From positions 1 through 23,786 of IMG/VR virus record IMGVR_UViG_2799112907_000002: 23,786 nucleotides of DNA. The stretch is one strand, 5' to 3'. Under the pieces are notes generated by a model. The model was not told where the DNA came from and searched no databases. It saw only the letters and a list, made by a program, of their open reading frames with translations. Positions 8,293-15,576 of the stretch are shown piece after piece (positions within the stretch are counted from its first letter, which is position 1; the number at the start of each line of letters is the position of its first letter). This stretch comes from a virus. A program made the position numbers and the translations under genes.

Positions 8293-8575
8293 TATAGATT
8301 TAAAAATTTCTGATGCTGCCCTTGATTTAGAGTTTGAGTTTGAAGGTAATTTTGTTTTTAGTCATCGTTCTAAGGAATCCAAGTTTATTTTGGATGGGCC
8401 TAAAGAATATGTTGATGGTTATGTTTTTTATGATGATAATCCTGAAATAGATCGTGAAATAAAAATTGTTCCAGATGATCCTGACTATGTTGTGAGATAT
8501 CATATTCACGGTGGGATCGGGGTGTGTTTTTGTGAAATGTTTGATTCTGAGGGGCAAACAAGTTTAATTACATAA
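8285..8575 (+). CDS. Small acidic protein, candidate immunity partner of the MuF peptidase
   Basis: 96 aa, Asp/Glu-rich. ATG 8285 overlaps the MuF stop codon, which suggests translational coupling. Confidence 0.5.
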   Translation: MFNIDLKISDAALDLEFEFEGNFVFSHRSKESKFILDGPKEYVDGYVFYDDNPEIDREIKIVPDDPDYVVRYHIHGGIGVCFCEMFDSEGQTSLIT

Positions 8576-8636
8576 TTAATTATATTTTTATTTTTTAAAT
8601 ATTATTTTTCATTTGCAGTAACACAAAATACTAATT

Positions 8637-9098
8637 TTAATCATTAATTTCTTTTATAAATTCTAACAAATTAATACTTCTAATATTCAGTTTACTGCAA
8701 ACAAAAGGAATTCTACTTACAGGTTTATTAGTTCTACTCTCTTGAGTGATAACAACAACCTCAGAATCTTCCATTGCACAGGCGATTAAATAGGGATCCG
8801 CCCAATTCCCTCCATCTTTCAAACCTTTTTCAACAAATACTTTAAATTCTTCTGAACATAATATCTCTGAAACATTTTTAGATTCATTTTCAGTTAATTC
8901 TCTAAAACAATATTTATACTCTTCCCAAAATTCTTGGGAATCTTTTAATTCTTCATAAACTTCTCTTACTGAGAATAATTCCCCATTTTCAAACATTTCA
9001 TAGACTTTATTATAAATTGGTTCAAAGAGAGGAATGTCATTTGGGTATCTATCTTGCAAGTCATTTAATGATGAAGCATCTATGACATATTTGGTCAT
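8637..9098 (-). CDS. DUF4411-family PIN-like protein, putative RNase toxin
   Basis: 'YVIDASSL', 'ADPYLIACA', 'VVITQE' and 'RIPFVC'. Start placed at MTKYVIDA (9098), downstream of GGAGG. Confidence 0.85.
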   Translation of the reverse strand: MTKYVIDASSLNDLQDRYPNDIPLFEPIYNKVYEMFENGELFSVREVYEELKDSQEFWEEYKYCFRELTENESKNVSEILCSEEFKVFVEKGLKDGGNWADPYLIACAMEDSEVVVITQESRTNKPVSRIPFVCSKLNIRSINLLEFIKEIND

Positions 9099-9099
9099 T

Positions 9100-10239
9100 T
9101 TATACTCCTCCATAGAATGCTTCTTGTAATTTAGGAATTTGATTCTTACCTAATTCTGTGAATTTAGAAAATTCTAAAGAGTTAATAACTCCAAAATCAT
9201 ATGCATCCAACACTAATGAATAATACGCTCTACTATTATATTTAATCATATTATTCAGGTAATTACCACTTGAGTCTGTTGAGCTTGAAGATTCCTCATA
9301 ATTATTGATATAGGAAACATACTCATTTCTAGTAATTTGATTTGTATCTAATAATCTTCTTACAATTACATGTTCACTAACTCCATATAAATTATATAAA
9401 TTTCTTAATGATTTATATGATAATACTGCTAGTCCCGGATTAATATTCTTAATTAGATCATCTCCAGGAACTAAGAATTCTCCCGCTACGGAATTGCAGA
9501 AAATTTCCTCTTGAGTATTTTCATCATCTCCACAAATTGCACTTTTACCTAATAATAAATGAGTTAATTCATGGAATAATGAGAATATTCTTCCATTAAC
9601 ACTATCTTTACCGTTTAATAATATAATTGGGATTTTATTATGGAATATGCATAATGCTCTCATTTCTTCGATGAGTACTCCTTTAGTTTCAAAGATAAGA
9701 ATACCCATTTTTTCATTAATAATTTCTTTCCATTTGTTTAAGAAATTATAATGTTTTGATTCTTTGTACCATGATTTTTGAGTGTCTAATGATACATCTA
9801 AAGTATCCCTAATGTAATTTGCAAATATATTTTTATCTTCTTTTAATCTAGGAACCTCAAATTCTATAATTTCTTCATTTAACTCATGTAATAATTCAAT
9901 GTAGATTTCTCTCCTATTTTCTGATTTTCGAATATTATTTATTAGTTTAGGAGAATTATTTTCATAAATTGAATCAACATCCAATCTACGATAATTAATC
10001 ATTTCAGGTAAATCATTAAAAACTGGGGTGCATTTCATAAAGAAGAATGCAGTTGGAACATTATATTTTTTACTTGCTTCTCTTAATTGGTTCCAAGTTG
10101 GATAACTGTCTCCCTTTTCCCATGATTTACATCTTTTTTTGAAATCTTCAGGTAATTGTTCTTCATAACCTTTAGTAAATCCGGCATATTCTCTTGCCCA
10201 AGTCATCATTGCAGGGTTTATCATTGCTCTAGTCACCAT
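9100..10239 (-). CDS. XRE-type HTH + ImmA/IrrE (M78) zinc metallopeptidase
   Basis: N-terminal 'INPAMMTWARE...PTWNQLREASKKYNVPTAFFF'. HELTH at 9559-9573 and 'EIFCNSVAGEFLVP'. Confidence 0.9.
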   Translation of the reverse strand: MVTRAMINPAMMTWAREYAGFTKGYEEQLPEDFKKRCKSWEKGDSYPTWNQLREASKKYNVPTAFFFMKCTPVFNDLPEMINYRRLDVDSIYENNSPKLINNIRKSENRREIYIELLHELNEEIIEFEVPRLKEDKNIFANYIRDTLDVSLDTQKSWYKESKHYNFLNKWKEIINEKMGILIFETKGVLIEEMRALCIFHNKIPIILLNGKDSVNGRIFSLFHELTHLLLGKSAICGDDENTQEEIFCNSVAGEFLVPGDDLIKNINPGLAVLSYKSLRNLYNLYGVSEHVIVRRLLDTNQITRNEYVSYINNYEESSSSTDSSGNYLNNMIKYNSRAYYSLVLDAYDFGVINSLEFSKFTELGKNQIPKLQEAFYGGV

Positions 10240-10350
10240 TTTTATCCAACTCGTTATTTTAAATATTTTTTTCTGCTATTTTTATATTTCCATAATTAGT
10301 TTTTGTATTTGAATTAATTAAATATTCCCATTTTATACTCATTTATTTTT

Positions 10351-10455
10351 TTAGTATCTTGCTTTGTAGTTACGATGTTCTTCAGCACTTGATCCATCAT
10401 AGTGTTCTGTCATGGTGGGCGTGATGACCTTTTTCGGGGTTACAATTTTTTTCAT
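10351..10455 (-). CDS. Putative 34-aa leader ORF MKKIVTPKKVITPTMTEHYDGSSAEEHRNYKARY (not in the ORF track)
   Basis: Manual translation. It lies between a BRE/TATA element and the HTH-ImmA gene, and 10381-10440 is 29/60 G+C. Confidence 0.45.
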   Translation of the reverse strand: MKKIVTPKKVITPTMTEHYDGSSAEEHRNYKARY

Positions 10456-10497
10456 CTCAAAGTCTTAAGGGACTCTATATTATACTATTGTGTGATT

Positions 10498-10516
10498 GCA
10501 TATTAAAAGCTTTTCC
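10498..10516 (-). promoter_or_regulatory. BRE-TATA promoter for the inverted cassette
   Basis: The minus strand reads GGAAAAGCTTTTAATATGC (purine-rich BRE followed by TTTTAATA), about 45 nt upstream of ATG 10455. Confidence 0.5.
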
Positions 10517-10694
10517 TTTAATATAATTAAACAATGTATAGTAAAATAAAATAATAATAATAGTTAATTGTCTACCAAAAAGTCCAAAAACACATAGCGT
10601 ATGTTTCCAAAAAAAACAATGAAAAAATAGTCAACTGTATAAAGTTTCCTAAATTTGTGTTTAAGAATTAAATTAAAATTTTTTTTTTGTGTTT

Positions 10695-10720
10695 TCTAAT
10701 TTCTCACTTTTATTTATTGA
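10695..10720 (+). promoter_or_regulatory. Copy 3 of the 26-bp motif
   Basis: TCTAATTTCTCACTTTTATTTATTGA, about 30 nt before RBS AGGTGG and about 50 nt before ATG 10769. Confidence 0.72.
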
Positions 10721-10768
10721 TAGATAATAATATTTTTCTCTAATTTTACAGGTGGTGTTTTTAATATT

Positions 10769-10915
10769 ATGTTATCTAAATTTATATGGTGTTTAAAACA
10801 ATTGTTACCTTTAACTTATGTAGGTAAAGAAATTAATGAAAATGGTAAACAGTTATGTGTTTGGAGAATGTGGTTTGGAAAACCTTTCCATATTAAATGG
10901 TATGAATTAAAGTGA
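10769..10915 (+). CDS. 48-aa Trp-rich protein MLSKFIWCLKQLLPLTYVGKEINENGKQLCVWRMWFGKPFHIKWYELK (not in the ORF track)
   Basis: Manual translation. RBS AGGTGGTG at 10750-10757; the stop abuts the start region of the next ORF. Confidence 0.7.
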   Translation: MLSKFIWCLKQLLPLTYVGKEINENGKQLCVWRMWFGKPFHIKWYELK

Positions 10916-10920
10916 TTAGT

Positions 10921-11187
10921 ATGTTATTTTTTAATAAAAGAAATGCTCATAAATATAAAACTATAATTCATTCTAAAAGTGGAATTTTTTGTAATGATAA
11001 AAAGAAAATTATTTCTGATGAAGATGAATGTAAAGGAATTTATTCCTATTGTTTTCCAGATCCTAGAGGTATTCGGGGAGAAGAGTGTAGGAAATTAAAA
11101 GTTTGTAAATTCTGTGAAGATCAAAGAGAAGATATAATCTGGGAGATTCCTGAAGAAATACAAAAATATTTTCCAATAAATAAATGA
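10921..11187 (+). CDS. Small Cys-rich hypothetical protein
   Basis: Six Cys including 'VCKFC'. ATG 10921 is preferred; GTG 10912 is an alternative start. Confidence 0.6.
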   Translation: MLFFNKRNAHKYKTIIHSKSGIFCNDKKKIISDEDECKGIYSYCFPDPRGIRGEECRKLKVCKFCEDQREDIIWEIPEEIQKYFPINK

Positions 11188-11239
11188 GATTTAACAATAA
11201 CAAATAAAAAGTTATTGTTAAAGATCAATTTAAATTTTT

Positions 11240-11383
11240 TTAAAGTTTTTTAAACATACAATTATTGCATTTTGAGCATGGAGGAAGTGTATCTGTATCA
11301 TTATCTAATTTTTTCTCACTTCCACATTTTGTGCAAATGTATGTTCCAATTCCTGGTTTTTTACCACAAGGATATAATCTGAT
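11240..11383 (-). CDS. 47-aa zinc-ribbon protein with a non-canonical ATC start, or a start-lost pseudogene
   Basis: (I/M)RLYPCGKKPGIGTYICTKCGSEKKLDNDTDTLPPCSKCNNCMFKKL. GGAGGTGA lies 6 nt upstream of ATC, and there is an in-frame TGA just upstream. Confidence 0.65.
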   Translation of the reverse strand: MRLYPCGKKPGIGTYICTKCGSEKKLDNDTDTLPPCSKCNNCMFKKL

Positions 11384-11478
11384 TTGTACTCACCTCCTTT
11401 CTATTTTTTTCTATTTATATTTTTGATTCTAACATATATAAAAGATTTTTAAATGGATTTTTTTTAGATAATCTATTT

Positions 11479-11504
11479 TCTAATTTCTCACTTTTATATA
11501 TTGA
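11479..11504 (+). promoter_or_regulatory. Copy 4 of the 26-bp motif, upstream of the capsid operon
   Basis: TCTAATTTCTCACTTTTATATATTGA, which contains a canonical TTTATATA box. Confidence 0.72.
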
Positions 11505-11628
11505 AAGATAAAAAAAATAATATATTCTTATCTTTCATGCAAGAAACTTTTTTTTATGGTTTCTACCATAGAATTTTTTTTCACTCCTAAAATAAACTAT
11601 ATAAAATATTTGTATTTTTTTTTCCACC

Positions 11629-11655
11629 TTGGAGTAAGTGGCTAAACTACTCCAA
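11629..11655. other. Stem-loop in the leader of the protease/capsid operon
   Basis: TTGGAGTA-AGTGGCTAAAC-TACTCCAA, an 8-bp perfect stem in an otherwise very AT-rich spacer. Confidence 0.5.
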
Positions 11656-11807
11656 TCCTAATTTTTTATAATTATAATATTAATTTCATAAGATTATCAT
11701 TCCTTCTTCTTTTTGTTAATTCTCTAAAAATTAATACTTAGATTAAAAAAATAGGATAAGAATGATAATTTATTTTTTAATAATAAACTGATTGTAGTTG
11801 ATTTATT

Positions 11808-12902
11808 ATGACAACTGAAGTAAAAGAACAGATGAAACAATTCCAACTTTTTGCACCTCCTGTCAGTAAATCTTATACTGAAAATGAGGATGGTACATTA
11901 ACTTTAGAGGGAATTGCTTCTACAACAAATAAAGACCTTCAAGGTGACATTATTCTTCCTTCTGCTATTTATTCCATGAAACAGCAGTTGCTTACAACTA
12001 CTAAAAATCTTCATGGTGATCATTGGTATGGTTTAGATGGTATTTATGGTGCTATCAAAGAAGTTTTAGATTCTGATGATAATAGTTTGAAAATTAAAGC
12101 AACTATCAGGAAGTCTAAAGCAGCTGAGATAAAGGAAATGCTGGATGTTGGTGTTAATCTTGGTTTGTCCATTGGAGGTAAAATAACAGAGTATTCTAAC
12201 CTTAAAGATGGTTGGGAAATAAAGGATTTAAAACTTATGGAAATTAGTTTAACAGGTATGCCTGCTAATTATGATACTTATGGTACTGTTAAAGAATCTA
12301 AAAATCAAGTGGATACTGTTGGTGCTAAATGTCTTGCAGGTGCATGTCATGTTATACGTAAGGATTTAAATTCTAATAAAGTTGATGATGTTGGTGATGA
12401 TATGGCTGAAGAGAATATTCAGAATGAAGATAAAGAAATTTTTACTAAAGATGATGCAGTTGAACTTTTTAATGAGTTAATGGCTAATAAACAAGAAGAA
12501 ATAGCTCGTGAAACTGTTAATTTAGTTAGTAAAGAAATAGAGAATATTGTTAAAGATGAAATTGATAAGGTTAAAGCAGAATTATCAGACAATAACTCTA
12601 ATGAAGAAGAAACTGATGAAAGAAAAGAAGTTCCTCCTGAAGATGATGAGGAAAAAGAAAAAGCATTAACTAATTTAATCAATGATACTGTTAAATCTGC
12701 GATTGATGATTCTATGAATACTCTTTTCAAAAATTTGAATAATAAAAGAGAACCTTCTTTCAATGTTGATGCTATTAATGATAAAGAAATGAATAAATCT
12801 GATGAAGTTAATGAGGATACTACTTTAACTAGTAGGAAAATAGCTGAAAAAATGTTTGCTAATCAATCAAAAGAACAGCTCATTACCTCTTTACTTCAAT
12901 AA
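11808..12902 (+). CDS. HK97-type prohead maturation protease with an acidic scaffold-like C-terminus
   Basis: 'LEGIASTTNKDLQGDII', 'LHGDH', 'GLSIGG' and 'LMEISLTGMPAN', followed by an E/D-rich helical tail. Confidence 0.9.
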   Translation: MTTEVKEQMKQFQLFAPPVSKSYTENEDGTLTLEGIASTTNKDLQGDIILPSAIYSMKQQLLTTTKNLHGDHWYGLDGIYGAIKEVLDSDDNSLKIKATIRKSKAAEIKEMLDVGVNLGLSIGGKITEYSNLKDGWEIKDLKLMEISLTGMPANYDTYGTVKESKNQVDTVGAKCLAGACHVIRKDLNSNKVDDVGDDMAEENIQNEDKEIFTKDDAVELFNELMANKQEEIARETVNLVSKEIENIVKDEIDKVKAELSDNNSNEEETDERKEVPPEDDEEKEKALTNLINDTVKSAIDDSMNTLFKNLNNKREPSFNVDAINDKEMNKSDEVNEDTTLTSRKIAEKMFANQSKEQLITSLLQ

Positions 12903-12940
12903 AACTAATTATATAAAAGTATTTTTAAGGTGATTATTTT

Positions 12941-13933
12941 ATGACTACTTTACAAGAATTAGAAGCTAAAGTTGCTTCACAAAATGAACAATTAAATAAT
13001 TTATCTAAAGCATATGATAATTTGCAAAAAGATTCAAGAATGATGGTTACTGGTGATGCACCTGTATCTACTCAGATTCAATATACTCCTGAGTTAAAAT
13101 CTAAGGTATTTGAAAGGGCTCCATTTTTCAGATTCCTTGAATCTAAAGGTAGAGTTGATAACAGTTTTAATTCTGTTTATGCTGGTTTTTATATTGAGAA
13201 TGATAATAGTCTTGCTATGTGGATAGATGAAAATGAGGATATTCCTGCTGCTAATGCATCTTCTTATACTGAGGCTATGTCTAAGATGAAAACTTTAATT
13301 CATCCTATTGATGTTTCTCTTATGGCTCAAATGGGTAATAATGCTATTGATATCTTAGCTCGTGAAATTGATAAAGGTTTCATTAAAGTTACAAATCAAT
13401 TAGATAATACTTTATTACAAGGAAAAGGTACAGCAGGTACTAAAGATTTTGAAGGTTTCACTAAACAAGTTACTTCTAATGTTGAAGATATTAGTGGTGA
13501 GGGTATTAGTGAAGATGCTATTGATGATATGTTAACTGAAATCATTGATGGTAATGGTGGTGTTGTTGATTGTATTGTAACTACTAATAATGTTGCAAAA
13601 CAACTTAAAAAAATTGTTGCACCATATCGTAGGTATAATGATAAAGTGGATCTTGGTCTTGGTCATCGTGTTACTGTTTATGAAGCTCCTAATGGTGCTG
13701 AAATTCCAATTTTAATTGATTCTAATTTAAATCAAATTAGTAATAAAGATGCTATGTTATTTGCTGATTCTTCTACTATTGAAGTTAAACGTTTACTTGC
13801 TCCTACACTTATGACTAATTTACCTACTAATAAACTTGGTACTAAAAATGCTGTTGTTTCTTTTGCTACTGCTAATAATATAGGTGAATTTAAAAACGGT
13901 ATTATTAAAGGTATTGGTGATGGAGAAGAATAA
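12941..13933 (+). CDS. Major capsid protein (HK97 fold)
   Basis: 330 aa directly after the protease, with a strong GGTGATT RBS. 'LDNTLLQGKG...DFEGF' and 'GAEIPILIDSNL' are typical of this fold. Confidence 0.88.
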   Translation: MTTLQELEAKVASQNEQLNNLSKAYDNLQKDSRMMVTGDAPVSTQIQYTPELKSKVFERAPFFRFLESKGRVDNSFNSVYAGFYIENDNSLAMWIDENEDIPAANASSYTEAMSKMKTLIHPIDVSLMAQMGNNAIDILAREIDKGFIKVTNQLDNTLLQGKGTAGTKDFEGFTKQVTSNVEDISGEGISEDAIDDMLTEIIDGNGGVVDCIVTTNNVAKQLKKIVAPYRRYNDKVDLGLGHRVTVYEAPNGAEIPILIDSNLNQISNKDAMLFADSSTIEVKRLLAPTLMTNLPTNKLGTKNAVVSFATANNIGEFKNGIIKGIGDGEE

Positions 13934-13939
13934 TTTCAT

Positions 13940-13980
13940 ATTCTTTTTATTTTATTTACCTAACTTTATTTTTTTTTATA
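13940..13980 (+). terminator. T-rich terminator after the capsid gene
   Basis: TTCTTTTTATTTATTTACCTAACTTTATTTTTTTTT. Confidence 0.4.
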
Positions 13981-14008
13981 TAAGAAAGGGGATTAGGAGT
14001 ATATTTTT

Positions 14009-14236
14009 ATGACTTTATCTAAAAAATTAAAAAGTTTATTAAGAAGTAATCCTGCTACTGTAGGTTTAATTAAATATTTAGAAAATTTAGAAGAAAGTAT
14101 AGTTAACTCTGATGGTAGTGTTGTTGCTCCAACTAAAACCTCTGATTTAGTTAATGATTCAGGTTTTTTAACTGAAAATGATGAATTTATTAGTGGTTTA
14201 GTTGAAAGAGTAGAAGCTCTTGAAGCAAAGGATTAA
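14009..14236 (+). CDS. Small virion protein carrying a 'PTKTSDLVNDSGFLT' motif
   Basis: 75 aa, RBS AGGAG. The motif resembles the PTKxSxLxNDSG[YF] unit of phage fibre proteins. Confidence 0.6.
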   Translation: MTLSKKLKSLLRSNPATVGLIKYLENLEESIVNSDGSVVAPTKTSDLVNDSGFLTENDEFISGLVERVEALEAKD

Positions 14237-14275
14237 ATTTTTTTTGGGAAAATATTGGGGATGGTGTAATTCAAA

Positions 14276-14746
14276 ATGAATGATGAAGATTTACGTGAAA
14301 TAATGATAAAACGTTTAGAATTAGAATTAGGATTACCCTTAACTCCAAAGTCTGCTAAAAAAATAGAGAAAAACTTTGATGATTCAGTGATTATATTAGA
14401 ACATTTTCCTTTGGAGGATATTAATTCTATTAAAATTAATGGTAACAATATATGTCATGATAATTATTTTGTTAATGAATCTCAAGGTATTATCTATTTA
14501 GACCATGCTGTTTCAGGACTTTTATATGTTCAATATGTTTATGGATTAAAACCGGAGGAATATGATCCTTTAATTGATTTGATGATTGAATATGAAAATG
14601 ATAATAGTTTGAATAAAGATGCTTCTAGTATTAAAGAAAATAATGTTACTGTTAATTATGATACTAGTCTGGGTAAAGGTGCTTTGATTCAATCTATGAT
14701 ACAGGACTTAAGAAATAAGTATAGTTGTGTTGTGGAGATGATCTAA
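14276..14746 (+). CDS. Head-tail adaptor (gp6/gp15-like)
   Basis: Size and position after the capsid gene. 'ILEHFPLEDINSIKING...YVQYVYG'. Confidence 0.65.
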   Translation: MNDEDLREIMIKRLELELGLPLTPKSAKKIEKNFDDSVIILEHFPLEDINSIKINGNNICHDNYFVNESQGIIYLDHAVSGLLYVQYVYGLKPEEYDPLIDLMIEYENDNSLNKDASSIKENNVTVNYDTSLGKGALIQSMIQDLRNKYSCVVEMI

Positions 14747-14748
14747 AT

Positions 14749-15075
14749 ATGACTCTTCCATTTTTTCCAAATGAATCTATGGATATTTATTCAGTTCATA
14801 ATGATGAATATGATGAATTTGGCAGAAAAAACGAATATGTTTATAAAGAAACTGTAGCTATAGATATGCAACCTTATTCTCCTGAGTCAAGTATGCAAAG
14901 ATTCGGTAAAATATTACAAGATACTTATACAGTAATTTTTGATGAAAATATTGAGGTTACAGATACAGATAAAATACTTATTAATAATATTTATTATGAA
15001 ATTATTGGTTCTGTTGAAAACTGGAATCATGTATTGCCTCATAAACAAATGTTAATTAAAAGATTAAGAAAATAA
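14749..15075 (+). CDS. Head closure (stopper) protein
   Basis: Beta-rich 'TYTVIFDENIEVTDTDKILINNIYYEIIG'. Start moved to ATG 14749, downstream of GGAGAT. Confidence 0.65.
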   Translation: MTLPFFPNESMDIYSVHNDEYDEFGRKNEYVYKETVAIDMQPYSPESSMQRFGKILQDTYTVIFDENIEVTDTDKILINNIYYEIIGSVENWNHVLPHKQMLIKRLRK

Positions 15076-15093
15076 AATTGAGGATTTAAAAGT

Positions 15094-15576
15094 ATGGTTA
15101 AGGATTTTGGTGCTTATGTTTCTTTTAATGATTCTTATTTTAAAAAGTTAAGTTTGAATAATGAATATAAAGAAATTATAGAAGATGCCGTTGATCATAC
15201 TTTGAATGATGCTGATAATATTATTAAAAGAGAGGTTCCAAGACCTGGTCATGGTAGTGGTAAATATTATAAACCTACTGGTAATCTTCAAAGAGGTATT
15301 CATAAAGAAAAAATTTCTAATTTTTCTGGTATTTTAAGAACTAAAGTGCCTTATTGGGTTTATGTTGAGTATGGTACTCATGCTCATAAAATCAAAGCTA
15401 AACCGGGTAAAGTTTTAGTTTTTGAAGGTCATGATGGTGAATTAGTTTATACAACTGAAGTTAATATTCCTGCTATGCCTGCTAATCCTTTTGTTAGAAG
15501 AACAGCAAAAAAAGTTAAACCTAAACTTAAAGAGTATATTGACACTGGATTCAAGGAAAGGGGGATTGTAAGATAA
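15094..15576 (+). CDS. HK97 gp10-like neck/tail completion protein
   Basis: 'PTGNLQRGI', 'PYWVYVEYGT' and 'PAMPANPFVRRT'. Confidence 0.8.
   Translation: MVKDFGAYVSFNDSYFKKLSLNNEYKEIIEDAVDHTLNDADNIIKREVPRPGHGSGKYYKPTGNLQRGIHKEKISNFSGILRTKVPYWVYVEYGTHAHKIKAKPGKVLVFEGHDGELVYTTEVNIPAMPANPFVRRTAKKVKPKLKEYIDTGFKERGIVR

Noticed and set aside
8327-8557. Minus-strand 76-aa ORF
   Set aside because: It competes with the + strand ORF that is coupled to MuF and has a more protein-like composition.
8612-8701. 10-bp inverted repeat TTTGCAGTAA / TTACTGCAAA spanning the DUF4411 stop
   Set aside because: The arms are 70 nt apart and one lies in coding sequence; plausible by chance.
10259-10342. 27-codon minus-strand ORF that would fuse to HTH-ImmA if one A were removed from an A7 run
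   Set aside because: The ImmA protein already begins with a normal family-like N-terminus, so there is no need to invoke slippage.
11304-11320. Fifth copy of the repeated motif (TCTAATTTTTTCTCACT)
   Set aside because: It has a 3-nt insertion, lacks the TATA half, and lies inside the zinc-ribbon coding sequence, so it is likely coincidental.
1426-11504. 26-bp repeat as a CRISPR array
   Set aside because: There are only four copies, separated by 749 bp, about 8.5 kb and 784 bp, not by 30-40 bp spacers, and no cas genes.
11629-11655. tRNA gene ('AGTGGCTAAA' resembles a D-loop)
   Set aside because: No acceptor stem, anticodon arm or TTC-containing T arm around it.
12419-12763. Minus-strand 114-aa Ser/Leu-rich ORF
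   Set aside because: Antisense shadow of the Glu/Asp-rich scaffold region.
14233-14448. Minus-strand 71-aa ORF
   Set aside because: Antisense to the head-tail adaptor gene.
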